NCBI GenBank assembly: GCA_040954595.2
Contig: CM082577.2
Coordinates: 13,585,903 to 13,649,902 of the forward strand
DNA: 64,000 nt
Reading direction: 5' to 3'
Origin: Balanoglossus misakiensis
Lineage: Eukaryota; Animalia; Hemichordata
This document shows, in pieces, positions 14,016 to 26,907 of the stretch. Position numbers and translations under genes: made by a program. A model generated the notes under the pieces. It saw only the letters and a list, made by a program, of their open reading frames with translations, ran no database searches and was not told where the DNA came from. Each line of letters opens with the position of its first letter. Within the stretch, counting starts at the first letter, position 1.

Positions 14016-14783
14016 AATATAGGGAAGTCAAAATTAACAAAAATGCAAAATTTTACTACCGGTGAAAAGACAGACTGTCCCAATAAATAATGTTAAAATA
14101 TAAAAGTCCCTCGCCAAGTACTTCTGCTGATGGGTCAGTTTGAAACCATACATGTGTAGTAGTGACACATGTCATTTTAATTTTCAAAAAAATAAGCTGT
14201 GACACATGAAATCATACCACTAGAAAAAAATCTTGCAGCCCCAGAACATAGATCCTACAAGTTTTGCACTTGTCAAAGACTGTCTCTCTCATAACTGTTG
14301 TAATCATTGCAGAAATTTGAAATACAACGTAAAACTTTGCTAATTTTCAATGGAAATGCAATATTACTGGTATTTTTGCTCAAATTTCTGAAAATAAACA
14401 TCTCCCTCAGAAAAACCAATGAAGGGATTTGCACAAATTGAACATATGAAAACACTTGACACTCCTGCTTTACAAAAAAATACTAATTTGGCCAGGCAGA
14501 TAATATTTACATTAAAAAATGGCATTTTGTTACCCTACACCCCATTACCAGAGAAATCGAATATGGCTGCCATTGCCACTGAATGACATTTTGCCTTGCT
14601 GAGCAACATGCATAGAATGGAATATTAAGGAACATTCTCTATACATTTGCATAAAGAATTATTTTTAAAATTAAACTGTCATGATTCTAGAACTCATCAA
14701 TTGGAACAGAATTTCTAACTGTCATTTCAAATCTGAGCTACACTGGATTAGAGTGTAGATGCATATGACTGACTCCATACACT

Positions 14784-17700
14784 ATGGCCATAAAAGGCAG
14801 GAGAAAGCGACTGAAAACAGCATTTAAACGTGGACATACTAGATGTAAGGCTGTACAAGGGCACTGTGACCAAACTAGTCCATTGCAGTTGTACTGGTGG
14901 AAAAGACTGGATCACGACATATTCCAACAGGTTGTGCGCCATACATCAACTGGAGCTTTGGTAGTCCCTGACGCGGATGGTAGAACTGGTCCCGCCAAAC
15001 TTTTGCGACCACGCCCAGCGGAAGCCAAACCAACCATCACAGATAAGTACCTAGAAAAAACGACAGTACATGACAAAGTGTATGGGGGGATGATTTTAGT
15101 TGATAAACAAAAAATGTTGGAAATGTTCAACATATGTCATAAACAGCACGGTACCATAGGAAAGTGTCAAATTCCAGAGCTTCAGATTAACAAAGAAATT
15201 AAAAAGGGTATCTGTTGCAAATATGTGTTGAACTGCAAAAATTGTCCTTTTATTTCAGAAACTTTTAATTTGTACCAAGATGTTGCCAGTACCAGGAAGG
15301 GAGCGAAAACTGCCGCACCAAACATAGCGTTACAAGTTGGTTTGCAGGACAGCCCAATCGGAAATTCGAAAGTGAGGCACATTTTAGCAGCAGCGGATAT
15401 TCACCCACCTTCCCGGAGTTCTATGCAGACAACCTCGAACAATGTTGGGACCAAGACAGTTCTTTTAAACAATGAAGATATGGACCGACGCATAGAGGGT
15501 TTGAAAGAAATAAATGAACCCCGAGGATTTCCTGGAAATGCCCCCATCGCTGTACAGCTGGATGCAAGGTACAACTCAAATACGATTGCCAGTCGCAAAA
15601 AACTAGGGCAGGTCGCTTCCCAGGCAGTAGGGATCTGTTGTGAAGATCAAACAGACCAGCACCAAATTATTGGCATGGTACTACAACATAAACTCTGTTG
15701 GACAGGGGCTTGGCTTAAGGGGAGAGGATATGATGTACATTGCCCTGGGAACCATGTTAATTGCACGGCAAATCTAAAGGCACATGAGCCATTGTCTGAA
15801 TATACAATTGGCAAAGAGCTAGGACTCAAATTTGGCTTCAATGAACTTCTCATAAAATATGCCACCACTGATGGGGATGGACGTAGCGCAGCTGGCTTTG
15901 AAGAGGGTCTTCAATTTTTACATCCGCTCTGGAATGTGACACGTTTAGCAGACCCCATCCATCTGGGTCAAAGCCAGTTTAGAGCAACCCTGTCTGCTAA
16001 ATTTAGTGATAACATGTTCCCTGGGGAAACCAAATCTGAGAGAGCATGTGCCCAGAAAGTGTTTGCCATGGATGTAAAAACACGCTGCCACCAAATTCTG
16101 GAACAACTACTCATTAAATATGGGCCAAACACAAAACTAATCGGGGACCGCCTACCAAAAGTTACAGCAGCACCCTTACGAAGTTGTTTTCTTGTGGCAA
16201 ACATGCGGCGAAGTTGCGGCACATGTGCGGCACGCAAATTTCTGACCGCAACTTTGTGGCGACTAATCGCCGATGATCGCCAGTACCGGCACACTTCTGG
16301 CGATCAGTCAAGACTTTTGCGGCACGTATGCCGCAACATTTAAGTAAACATAGAGTGTCTTGTACTACTGGTGATCAGTGGAGCCTTTTGCGGCCCATAT
16401 GCCGCAAAAGTAAAGTAAACAGGGAGTTTGATATTATCTGGTGATCAGTGGAGTCTGTTGCGGCACGGTTGCGGTATATATGCCAGAACGTTCTAGTAAA
16501 CAGAGTTTGAATTTGCAGCTGGTTATAATTACTTTTTGGTGACATGTGCAGAAACGAGAATGAGGCTGGTTTCATTTAGGCGGACATTTTGATTGTGTAA
16601 GGTTACACTGTAGTCACTGTGCCCATCAAAAAACATGAATTTGATGTCACCAATCCATACAGCTGGAAGCTGCTTCACTTGAATACTGTGGTAGCGATAT
16701 TTGTGCATTACCAGAGGTCAGTAGTTTGAACAATTTCCTGAGGATGATGTCATAATCTTGTACTAAAAGTCAGACTAAATGGAAAAGTGTCTGCAAAAGA
16801 AAAACTCTGGTGTTGATCCAAGACAATTTATACCAGTAAGAGGACACTTGAGACAAGAACATTGCAATGACATGTATACAGCTGGGTGAGTTTTCTAAAT
16901 TTTGTTGGTTTCTGTGGTAGTTGAATCACTTGAGTTAACTATAAAATAATGCCTGCTGTTGAAATAAACAATAAGGGTCACAATTTAACAAAGAAAGGAT
17001 GTTTTGTCTAAGCCTGTTGAATATACTTGGGATAACTCTCCTTATGGGAAGTACATGTATGAATATGACACACCAAATTCACATGAGAATTAAGATTTGC
17101 TGAACCAAGATACATGTACATTGTACTGTGAAGTATGCAAACTTCAGAACAGAATGGATAGATTGGCAATTCTTTTCACGGGTGGCTGGTAGCTAAGAAG
17201 GGGCCACAGTAGGGATTAATTAAATGTATTAACAAGAGGTCATAATTTGCGGCATATACGCCGCAAACCCACAAAGTTGCGGTATGTTTACCGCAACTGT
17301 TCGCCGCAACAGCTCATTTGCATGCGAAAATATGCATTAGCCGCGCGTGCGCCGCAAACAGTTGCGGTATATGCGCCGCAAAGTTGCAAAGGGCAGAATT
17401 TGCGGCATGTACGCCGCAAACCCCTGTTTTGGCATACGTGCCGCATATGTGCCACAAAGTTGCGGTATGTTTACCGCAACTGTGCGCCGCAACAGCTCAT
17501 TTGCATGCGAAAATATGCATTAGCCGTGCGTGCGCCGCAAACAGTTGCGGTATATGTGCTGCAAAGTTGCGGTAAGTTTACCACAACTGTTCGCCAGAAG
17601 CCTTATTTTTTCGTAAGGGCAACTCTTTTGTGCTATAAGGGAGACTGCTCAAAGTGTAGATATAATTCCATCGTTTGTGAGGGTGGGAAAAGAAAGAATT

Positions 17701-17921
17701 GGATGAAACGGTCTGTACATCTGTCACCCTATCGGCTCACAAAAGTCAACATGAATGAAAATGATGAAATACTGCTGAGGGATATTATAGCTATAAAATT
17801 AAGTGAAGAAAGCCTTGAAAAGCTTAGATTTGGCACCAATACTCAACGGTGTGAGGCAGTGAATCGGGGCATTAGTACTTCCTTACCTAAAAATGTCAAT
17901 TTCTCTCGCAATGCGACTTCA
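14784..17921 (+). pseudogene. KolobokP-like (Mutator-like domain) DDE transposase, copy 1; interrupted and 3'-truncated at the duplication junction
   Basis: QLDARYNS, HKLCWTG..CPGNHVNCTAN, YATTDGDG, ADPIHL, NTQRCEAVN. Homology ends at SRNATS/R (17921). Confidence 0.8.
16173..17619. mobile_element. 1447-bp non-autonomous DNA transposon (CMC/EnSpm-like), copy 1
   Basis: Terminal inverted repeats CCCTTACGAA / TTCGTAAGGG, 2-bp TSD CA (16171-72, 17620-21), many subterminal TGCGGCA/TGCCGCA motifs and a 180-bp internal repeat. Superfamily assignment is inferred. Confidence 0.88.
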
Positions 17922-20404
17922 AGGTTAAATATTAATAATTACTTTAAAATTAGTAAATAACATTGTGGCCTGTGTGTATGTGTCAACATTGTTTCCATGT
18001 ACTTTTGTAATCCTATCTTTTTACTGAGCAGAATATTCAGGTCAGAGTGATGTGGAGGAATTGAGCATGGTATAAAATAACACCTGTTAACAATAGATTT
18101 CAATCAATCTCTATTTCCAACAGCAAGATGTCAGACACTTGTAAGCTTAGACAGACATAAAGAATAAACCTTCGAGATTCGATGCATCGCTTGACGTCCT
18201 GTTGTTGCTGAAAACCCATTAATCCATAAAGAAACATAGACCAAAGTCTCCCACAACTTTAATGAAGTTACTTCAATGATCCGACCTGGAGAAATAACAA
18301 CATCTGGGACAATAAGAGAGTGGACCAACCTGTTAACAGACTGCTTTAGAAAGGAGGAGATGGAGTCCATGCGCATGCACATGCGCACTCACACATCACA
18401 AATACATACAAACACCACTTTGGTCGATGCTTCTCTATTGCTGAGGGGGTTTTCAGCATCATCTCATAACATATATCACGAGATGCAACAAATCTCACAA
18501 GCCACAGGCTCTTTTGTCAATAATAATATTATTATTAGTAGTAGTAGTAGTAGTAGTATTACGCAATGGGAATACCAACCATATACAAGAAACTCTATAC
18601 AAAACTTTTCCAAAGTTGAGTGATGGGGGTTGGATCGGCAAAGCAGCAGTTGCAGGTGTTCACAATGGCACTGGTGGCATTTAGTGCTATAGAAATGTTG
18701 GGTACACAGTGCCATAACTAAGAGACGTCAGCCCACTGCGTCAAGCTGTTGGGTATATAATGCCCCTACAAGTTGCTCTGGACCTCACACCTGTGGCATC
18801 TCAAAAGGTAAGTAATTTTTTATTCATAGTGTCTGTATAATCATGGATGTAAAAAAGGAGACATCCATAGTATAATTGAACATCTAATGCGCATATCATT
18901 GTAATAGGGCAGACAATATTAAACACCATTTAAAAGCAGTGCATGGGGATGAGACCAAACGAGAGCAACCCCTCCAAAATCGAGTGCACATACACCTGCA
19001 ATGTTTGTTCTCGTTCCCTCAGTCGGAAAGATAATATGAATATAGAGACTGGAGCGAAAGCAGTAAAGATACTTGAAGACAAAGGTCACAGACTTGTTTT
19101 CGTAACTGAAGGCAATGTTACAGATATTTTGTATGAACTAAACAAAACTTGAACTTTGACTGTTCTGTGGTTGTTCAGACCATTTTTTCCTCAACAGAAG
19201 TGTTGTTTTGTCAACTGCTGTAACTTTCAATGAATTTCTTTTGCATTTTTGTTTTTAATGTCAATAAAAGTTCTTTGTTCTAATCCCACAAATAAGTTGA
19301 TTTAGGCATACAGGATATGCATGTCACATGAGCCTGTGCATGTGTAGATTGCTTTGTTATTGTTGGCAGGAGAATTCTTGTCAGGATGAACATTCATATG
19401 TAAACATACATACGTTATTTTGAAAAGGTTGAGTTGTTGTTTGGATATGCTTTGGTGAGTACAGATTTGATGCAAGAACTAGCAACTGACATATCATGAA
19501 ATAAAAATAGTGAGAACATCAAAAGTAACAGCTGCTGGCCCTTTGTTTAAATTTATATCGCGAGTTTTGCTGAACTTAGGTAACAAAGGTTACTTGTTCA
19601 AATTTTGAAAGAAATTGCTCTGAAAACTGTTTATCTTTACATATGGGGTAACCATGCATGTATGTAATATGTATTATGCTGTATTCTGTGTGTGTCTGCT
19701 TAGACTACATAGGACAGTGTTGTTTGTGTTCAAAATCTTCCATGTACATGTAGGTTAGTGCAATGTTTAAGGCACATTTGCAGCAGGTTTTTTGTATGTT
19801 TTACTTCAGTATTCCAAACAAAAACAAAAAGTCACAGAAAATTGTGTTACCTTTCTACATTGGATTCACAGTGCAAGGTGACTGAGCCATATATCCATTA
19901 TTTAACTCTAATTTCTGCATCTTATAGGTTAGACGTAAGGTTATTTGAAAAACATTTAGAGATTTATGCCATGGCTGCCAATTATAAAGAAAGAGTGTAT
20001 AAGAAGTCAAACACAATGTCTATGGGCATATGTAAGCCTCATGTTCCTCCATACTGCTTCTATTTTTTTCAATCTTGAATTTGTGTTCCTCAAGACTTAT
20101 TCATATGAGAACAATTCTAACTCAAAAAATATAGAATTTGGAGTGAACGTCCCAGAGCTTTGAATTTGATTTGTTCCACTGTGAAGTAAATCAGCATCTA
20201 CTCACAAAATGATACATCCATAGGTAAAATTAGAATAAAACAATCTGCTTGCTGCCTCTGTTGCTTGACCAACAAATTCCACAGACTAATTTTTTTCTCT
20301 CCAATTGCCAAATTTGCAAAGTTATATCATTGCTTCGTTCTATCCATATTATTGAGAAAGGGCCCAAATATTTCCATGACTTTTGTTGTATCAAAGTTTC
20401 TCTT

Positions 20405-20862
20405 GGCGCAAGACCTGTAATTTATTTCCCATAGACGACAATGGTAGCGTTGAGCTAAATATTCCTATTTTATAACATTCAGCGAGCTGAATCCCATTAA
20501 CTGCAGTCAGAACATGGTCTGTTTGTGCACAGGCTAAATTTTCGTGCAGGCAAGTCCATGGATTTTTTTCGGGAGAGGTCAAAATAGCGCCCCCAGTGGT
20601 AATTTTGAAAAAATTTATGCCAAAGTGCACAGTCGCCTCATCTTGCATTACTCCGCTGTGTACAACAACATTACACCACATTCTCTCACACCAGTGGGAA
20701 TTTTGAATGCATCTCAAAATGCTCTCTCCAAAAATGCTACATATCCATGGTAAATCCTATTGAGCATCAATTCAGGTCTCAAAGTATTAGGCAATGCACT
20801 ACTTTTTTTACGGACTATCTTCGTGGGTAACGAACCAGGAAGTGAATTACAGGTCTTGTGCC
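20405..20862. mobile_element. KolobokP-like LTDR, copy 2
   Basis: Duplicate of 13558-14015 at +6847. Confidence 0.7.
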
Positions 20863-21630
20863 AATATAGGGAAGTCAAAATTAACAAAAATGCAAAATTT
20901 TACTACCGGTGAAAAGACAGACTGTCCCAATAAATAATGTTAAAATATAAAAGTCCCTCGCCAAGTACTTCTGCTGATGGGTCAGTTTGAAACCATACAT
21001 GTGTAGTAGTGACACATGTCATTTTAATTTTCAAAAAAATAAGCTGTGACACATGAAATCATACCACTAGAAAAAAATCTTGCAGCCCCAGAACATAGAT
21101 CCTACAAGTTTTGCACTTGTCAAAGACTGTCTCTCTCATAACTGTTGTAATCATTGCAGAAATTTGAAATACAACGTAAAACTTTGCTAATTTTCAATGG
21201 AAATGCAATATTACTGGTATTTTTGCTCAAATTTCTGAAAATAAACATCTCCCTCAGAAAAACCAATGAAGGGATTTGCACAAATTGAACATATGAAAAC
21301 ACTTGACACTCCTGCTTTACAAAAAAATACTAATTTGGCCAGGCAGATAATATTTACATTAAAAAATGGCATTTTGTTACCCTACACCCCATTACCAGAG
21401 AAATCGAATATGGCTGCCATTGCCACTGAATGACATTTTGCCTTGCTGAGCAACATGCATAGAATGGAATATTAAGGAACATTCTCTATACATTTGCATA
21501 AAGAATTATTTTTAAAATTAAACTGTCATGATTCTAGAACTCATCAATTGGAACAGAATTTCTAACTGTCATTTCAAATCTGAGCTACACTGGATTAGAG
21601 TGTAGATGCATATGACTGACTCCATACACT

Positions 21631-24600
21631 ATGGCCATAAAAGGCAGGAGAAAGCGACTGAAAACAGCATTTAAACGTGGACATACTAGATGTAAGGCTG
21701 TACAAGGGCACTGTGACCAAACTAGTCCATTGCAGTTGTACTGGTGGAAAAGACTGGATCACGACATATTCCAACAGGTTGTGCGCCATACATCAACTGG
21801 AGCTTTGGTAGTCCCTGACGCGGATGGTAGAACTGGTCCCGCCAAACTTTTGCGACCACGCCCAGCGGAAGCCAAACCAACCATCACAGATAAGTACCTA
21901 GAAAAAACGACAGTACATGACAAAGTGTATGGGGGGATGATTTTAGTTGATAAACAAAAAATGTTGGAAATGTTCAACATATGTCATAAACAGCACGGTA
22001 CCATAGGAAAGTGTCAAATTCCAGAGCTTCAGATTAACAAAGAAATTAAAAAGGGTATCTGTTGCAAATATGTGTTGAACTGCAAAAATTGTCCTTTTAT
22101 TTCAGAAACTTTTAATTTGTACCAAGATGTTGCCAGTACCAGGAAGGGAGCGAAAACTGCCGCACCAAACATAGCGTTACAAGTTGGTTTGCAGGACAGC
22201 CCAATCGGAAATTCGAAAGTGAGGCACATTTTAGCAGCAGCGGATATTCACCCACCTTCCCGGAGTTCTATGCAGACAACCTCGAACAATGTTGGGACCA
22301 AGACAGTTCTTTTAAACAATGAAGATATGGACCGACGCATAGAGGGTTTGAAAGAAATAAATGAACCCCGAGGATTTCCTGGAAATGCCCCCATCGCTGT
22401 ACAGCTGGATGCAAGGTACAACTCAAATACGATTGCCAGTCGCAAAAAACTAGGGCAGGTCGCTTCCCAGGCAGTAGGGATCTGTTGTGAAGATCAAACA
22501 GACCAGCACCAAATTATTGGCATGGTACTACAACATAAACTCTGTTGGACAGGGGCTTGCCTTAAGGGGAGAGGATATGATGTACATTGCCCTGGGAACC
22601 ATGTTAATTGCACGGCAAATCTAAAGGCACATGAGCCATTGTCTGAATATACAATTGGCAAAGAGCTAGGACTCAAATTTGGCTTCAATGAACTTCTCAT
22701 AAAATATGCCACCACTGATGGGGATGGACGTAGCGCAGCTGGCTTTGAAGAGGGTCTTCAATTTTTACATCCGCTCTGGAATGTGACACGTTTAGCAGAC
22801 CCCATCCATCTGGGTCAAAGCCAGTTTAGAGCAACCCTGTCTGCTAAATTTAGTGATAACATGTTCCCTGGGGAAACCAAATCTGAGAGAGCATGTGCCC
22901 AGAAAGTGTTTGCCATGGATGTAAAAACACGCTGCCACCAAATTCTGGAACAACTACTCATTAAATATGGGCCAAACACAAAACTAATCGGGGACCGCCT
23001 ACCAAAAGTTACAGCAGCACCCTTACGAAGTTGTTTTCTTGTGGCAAACATGCGGCGAAGTTGCGGCACATGTGCGGCACGCAAATTTCTGACCGCAACT
23101 TTGTGGCGACTAATCGCCGATGATCGCCAGTACCGGCACACTTCTGGCGATCAGTCAAGACTTTTGCGGCACGTATGCCGCAACATTTAAGTAAACATAG
23201 AGTGTCTTGTACTACTGGTGATCAGTGGAGCCTTTTGCGGCCCATATGCCGCAAAAGTAAAGTAAACAGGGAGTTTGATATTATCTGGTGATCAGTGGAG
23301 TCTGTTGCGGCACGGTTGCGGTATATATGCCAGAACGTTCTAGTAAACAGAGTTTGAATTTGCAGCTGGTTATAATTACTTTTTGGTGACATGTGCAGAA
23401 ACGAGAATGAGGCTGGTTTCATTTAGGCGGACATTTTGATTGTGTAAGGTTACACTGTAGTCACTGTGCCCATCAAAAAACATGAATTTGATGTCACCAA
23501 TCCATACAGCTGGAAGCTGCTTCACTTGAATACTGTGGTAGCGATATTTGTGCATTACCAGAGGTCAGTAGTTTGAACAATTTCCTGAGGATGATGTCAT
23601 AATCTTGTACTAAAAGTCAGACTAAATGGAAAAGTGTCTGCAAAAGAAAAACTCTGGTGTTGATCCAAGACAATTTATACCAGTAAGAGGACACTTGAGA
23701 CAAGAACATTGCAATGACATGTATACAGCTGGGTGAGTTTTCTAAATTTTGTTGGTTTCTGTGGTAGTTGAATCACTTGAGTTAACTATAAAATAATGCC
23801 TGCTGTTGAAATAAACAATAAGGGTCACAATTTAACAAAGAAAGGATGTTTTGTCTAAGCCTGTTGAATATACTTGGGATAACTCTCCTTATGGGAAGTA
23901 CATGTATGAATATGACACACCAAATTCACATGAGAATTAAGATTTGCTGAACCAAGATACATGTACATTGTACTGTGAAGTATGCAAACTTCAGAACAGA
24001 ATGGATAGATTGGCAATTCTTTTCACGGGTGGCTGGTAGCTAAGAAGGGGCCACAGTAGGGATTAATTAAATGTATTAACAAGAGGTCATAATTTGCGGC
24101 ATATACGCCGCAAACCCACAAAGTTGCGGTATGTTTACCGCAACTGTTCGCCGCAACAGCTCATTTGCATGCGAAAATATGCATTAGCCGCGCGTGCGCC
24201 GCAAACAGTTGCGGTATATGCGCCGCAAAGTTGCAAAGGGCAGAATTTGCGGCATGTACGCCGCAAACCCCTGTTTTGGCATACGTGCCGCATATGTGCC
24301 ACAAAGTTGCGGTATGTTTACCGCAACTGTGCGCCGCAACAGCTCATTTGCATGCGAAAATATGCATTAGCCGTGCGTGCGCCGCAAACAGTTGCGGTAT
24401 ATGTGCTGCAAAGTTGCGGTAAGTTTACCACAACTGTTCGCCAGAAGCCTTATTTTTTCGTAAGGGCAACTCTTTTGTGCTATAAGGGAGACTGCTCAAA
24501 GTGTAGATATAATTCCATCGTTTGTGAGGGTGGGAAAAGAAAGAATTGGATGAAACGGTCTGTACATCTGTCACCCTATCGGCTCACAAAAGTCAACATG

Positions 24601-25116
24601 AATGAAAATGATGAAATACTGCTGAGGGATATTATAGCTATAAAATTAAGTGAAGAAAGCCTTGAAAAGCTTAGATTTGGCACCAATACTCAACGGTGTG
24701 AGGCAGTGAATCGGGGCATTAGTACTTCCTTACCTAAAAATGTCAATTTCTCTCGCAATGCGACTTCACGTGTAGCTTCAGCAATTCATCGTCTAAATAA
24801 TGGATTGGCTGAATCAACACATACAAAGCTTGAAGCCTTAGGCTGTCCTTTGGCCAGGGGTGGTAGTGCAGCAGCAAGTCTGAAATCAATGGCAATGGAA
24901 AAGCAATATGATAAAATGTACAAAAAGACACGTGCATTTAAACAAAGGCAGTTGAAATGCAGAATCAGAAAGGCCAAACATTATTATCTACACAAGAGGA
25001 ATGTAACTGAAAGTAAAGATCAATATAAACGTGGACAGCTTGACCGGCCTGTCAACCGAGTAACTGTTAAGAAATTAAAGGGGGACCACACATATGCAAG
25101 ATCAATTTCTAATTAA
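21631..25116 (+). pseudogene. KolobokP-like DDE transposase, copy 2; full length (678 aa) once the insertion is removed
   Basis: Joining 21631-23019 to 24469-25116 gives the open frame ...LPKVTAA|TLLCYKGDCSKC... ending DHTYARSISN*. AATAAA follows at ~25144. Confidence 0.85.
23020..24466. mobile_element. 1447-bp non-autonomous CMC/EnSpm-like element, copy 2
   Basis: Same terminal repeats and CA TSD as 16173-17619. Confidence 0.88.
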
Positions 25117-25275
25117 AAGCATATTGAAATTGATACAATTGAAAATAAATAAAATCATTCCAGTATAGTGTTGTGAGTACGGTACTGGTTCAACTTATTC
25201 GAGTTTTGTTGACATTATTGGGAGGATTTTGGTCGATTGTTCTTTGCCACTGAGTGGAGGCCCGGAGTGGGCAAT

Positions 25276-25720
25276 ATGGCTGCCCAGGTTGCCAGTCCAT
25301 TCCGTAGGTTGACTCAGAAACAGGCTATTAGATGTACTAATGTTGAAGATCTCTCTGTGGAGAGAAATGTTGTGTGGAAGAAATTGCCAAGAAGATTGGT
25401 AGCGAGAACATTATAGCAGCCTCTCGCATGAATAGGTCAGTTGTAGTTTTCTTGGCATCGCTGGAGAATGTTGAGATCATTGTAGAGTCCAGACTGTCTG
25501 TTGACGGTGAAATGGTTGATGTTGAACACATGGTGAAGCCAGCTTCCAAATTAATTCTTTCAAACGTTCCCCCTTTTATCCCCAATGAATGCCGAGAGGA
25601 AGAATTGTGGAGATTAGGTAGAGTTGTTGGAAGCATGAGGCCAATTCCACTAGGGTGCAAAAACCCAGCGTTGAGACATGTGAAGTCTTTCAGACGTCAA
25701 ATTCATGTTTTATTGCACAA
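25276..25720 (+). pseudogene. Tx1/L1-type non-LTR retrotransposon ORF1 N-terminus
   Basis: MAAQVASPFRRLTQKQAIRC..VEEIAKKIGSENIIAASRMNRSVVVFL..KLILSNVPPFIPNE..IPLGCKNPALRHVKSFRRQ. Frameshifted and cut off. Confidence 0.85.
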
Positions 25721-25965
25721 TAGACTTCAGTCAATGCATTTCCAACAGCAAGATGCCAGACACAAGCTGAGAAGACATAAAGAAGAAACTTGTGAGATTC
25801 AATGCATCTCTTGACATCCTTATGTTTAAGAGATGTTGTTGCTGAAATCCCATTCATCCATAAAGTTTCATGGACCAAAATCTCCAACAACTTCAATGAA
25901 GTTACTTCAACTATTCGACCTGGAGAATTAACAACATCCCGGACAAACTATTTTTTTTATAGATT

Positions 25966-26127
25966 ATGGATATCATAGATCAAACTTTTTACGTATTTCT
26001 CGATAAATTCAAGACGAAAAGTAGTAGGTTGTTCCATTGGAGCCTACTTCTCCAACCGTATTCAATTAAAGTCATCCATATTTCGGGTAAAGAGAACGTT
26101 ATCGCTGATGCATTATCGAGGGCTTAA
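25966..26127 (+). pseudogene. C-terminal RNase H end of a Gypsy pol (Gmr1-like domain order)
   Basis: FLDKFKTKSSRLFHWSLLLQPYSIKVIHISGKENVIADALSRA*, followed within 80 bp by a polypurine tract and an LTR. Confidence 0.8.
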
Positions 26128-26207
26128 AAAAGGCCAGGTCAGCTATTTGAGTATGTAATTGTTAAAAAACGACACAGTAGTGACGTTTTTTCCTTTTGAA
26201 GGGGAGG

Positions 26208-26907
26208 TGTTATGTAGGTTAGGTTTGCTGTTGTTTTGTGACCAGGTGTGTTTTCGCTCATTTCGTAATTTGAATATTTGCGTGACCAGGTGTGGTGCAT
26301 TCATTATTTTTTCCCCATATAAAAAGCCTACACGGTTTGTAGCGGCGTAGCTGCTAATTTGGACTTGCCCGTGTGAGCTGTTCCGTTCCTCGCCGGCTTG
26401 GAAGCTGTGCCGTTATTTCCTGTTGCACTGGTCTGGAAACCGCGCCTAGAAGCCGTGTTGTTTCATGCTGCCCTGGTCTGGAAACCGCGCCTAGAAGCCG
26501 TGCTACCATGAGGAATTCGTCTGAAAGCCGCGCCGTCTATCGGGGAATTGTGTCAGAACGCTACTCGGACTGAACGTCGCTGTTTGAGACTGCCGTGGTG
26601 TTGGTCGCGTTCGTCGTGTGCTACGGAAGCTTGGACTTTAGTTTTTCATTTCCTACACCTGGTCACATTTAAGGTAGCCACTTATTTTTGTGTGTTTTTA
26701 CAGTACGTGTATCACCATTTTATATTTACCCATGTTTATTTTAATAATTAAAAAGTTTCCATAAGCAAGGAAATAACGTGTGGTGTGCCTATTGTTCACC
26801 GTCTTTGTTGCGTGCTGCGCTGGTTGGTTCACCAAAGCAAGCCATTCAGTAAGTCTATTTTTGCTCACTGCCCTGATTCGGAACTGAACGGCCAGCGTGT
26901 CGTAACA
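26208..26907 (+). mobile_element. 700-bp 3' LTR of a Gypsy element
   Basis: Polypurine tract GAAGGGGAGG (26198-26207), TGTTATG...CGTAACA ends, TATAAAAA at ~26318. Confidence 0.88.

Larger units (their letters stand above)
11072..24768. repeat. 6847-bp near-perfect head-to-tail tandem duplication (11072-17918 and 17919-24765)
   Basis: Every ORF recurs at an offset of 6847. TCA microhomology at 11072, 17919 and 24766. Only a few differences noticed (CAT/CAA, ATT/AGT repeat boundary, TGG/TGC). Confidence 0.98.

Noticed and set aside
14912-16294. Minus-strand ORFs overlapping the transposase (and similar shadow ORFs elsewhere)
   Set aside because: Antisense shadows with no recognisable motifs.
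16173-17619. Palindromic GTTGCGG/CCGCAAC arrays as a CRISPR-like array, or the insert as an intron
   Set aside because: No constant repeat with unique spacers and no cas genes. The ends are CCC/GGG with a TSD, not GT..AG.
17247-17960. ORF with repeated RHxRRKP/KLRYVYRNC units as a novel repeat protein
   Set aside because: The repeats are the subterminal DNA repeats of the 1447-bp insertion read through into the transposase 3' half.
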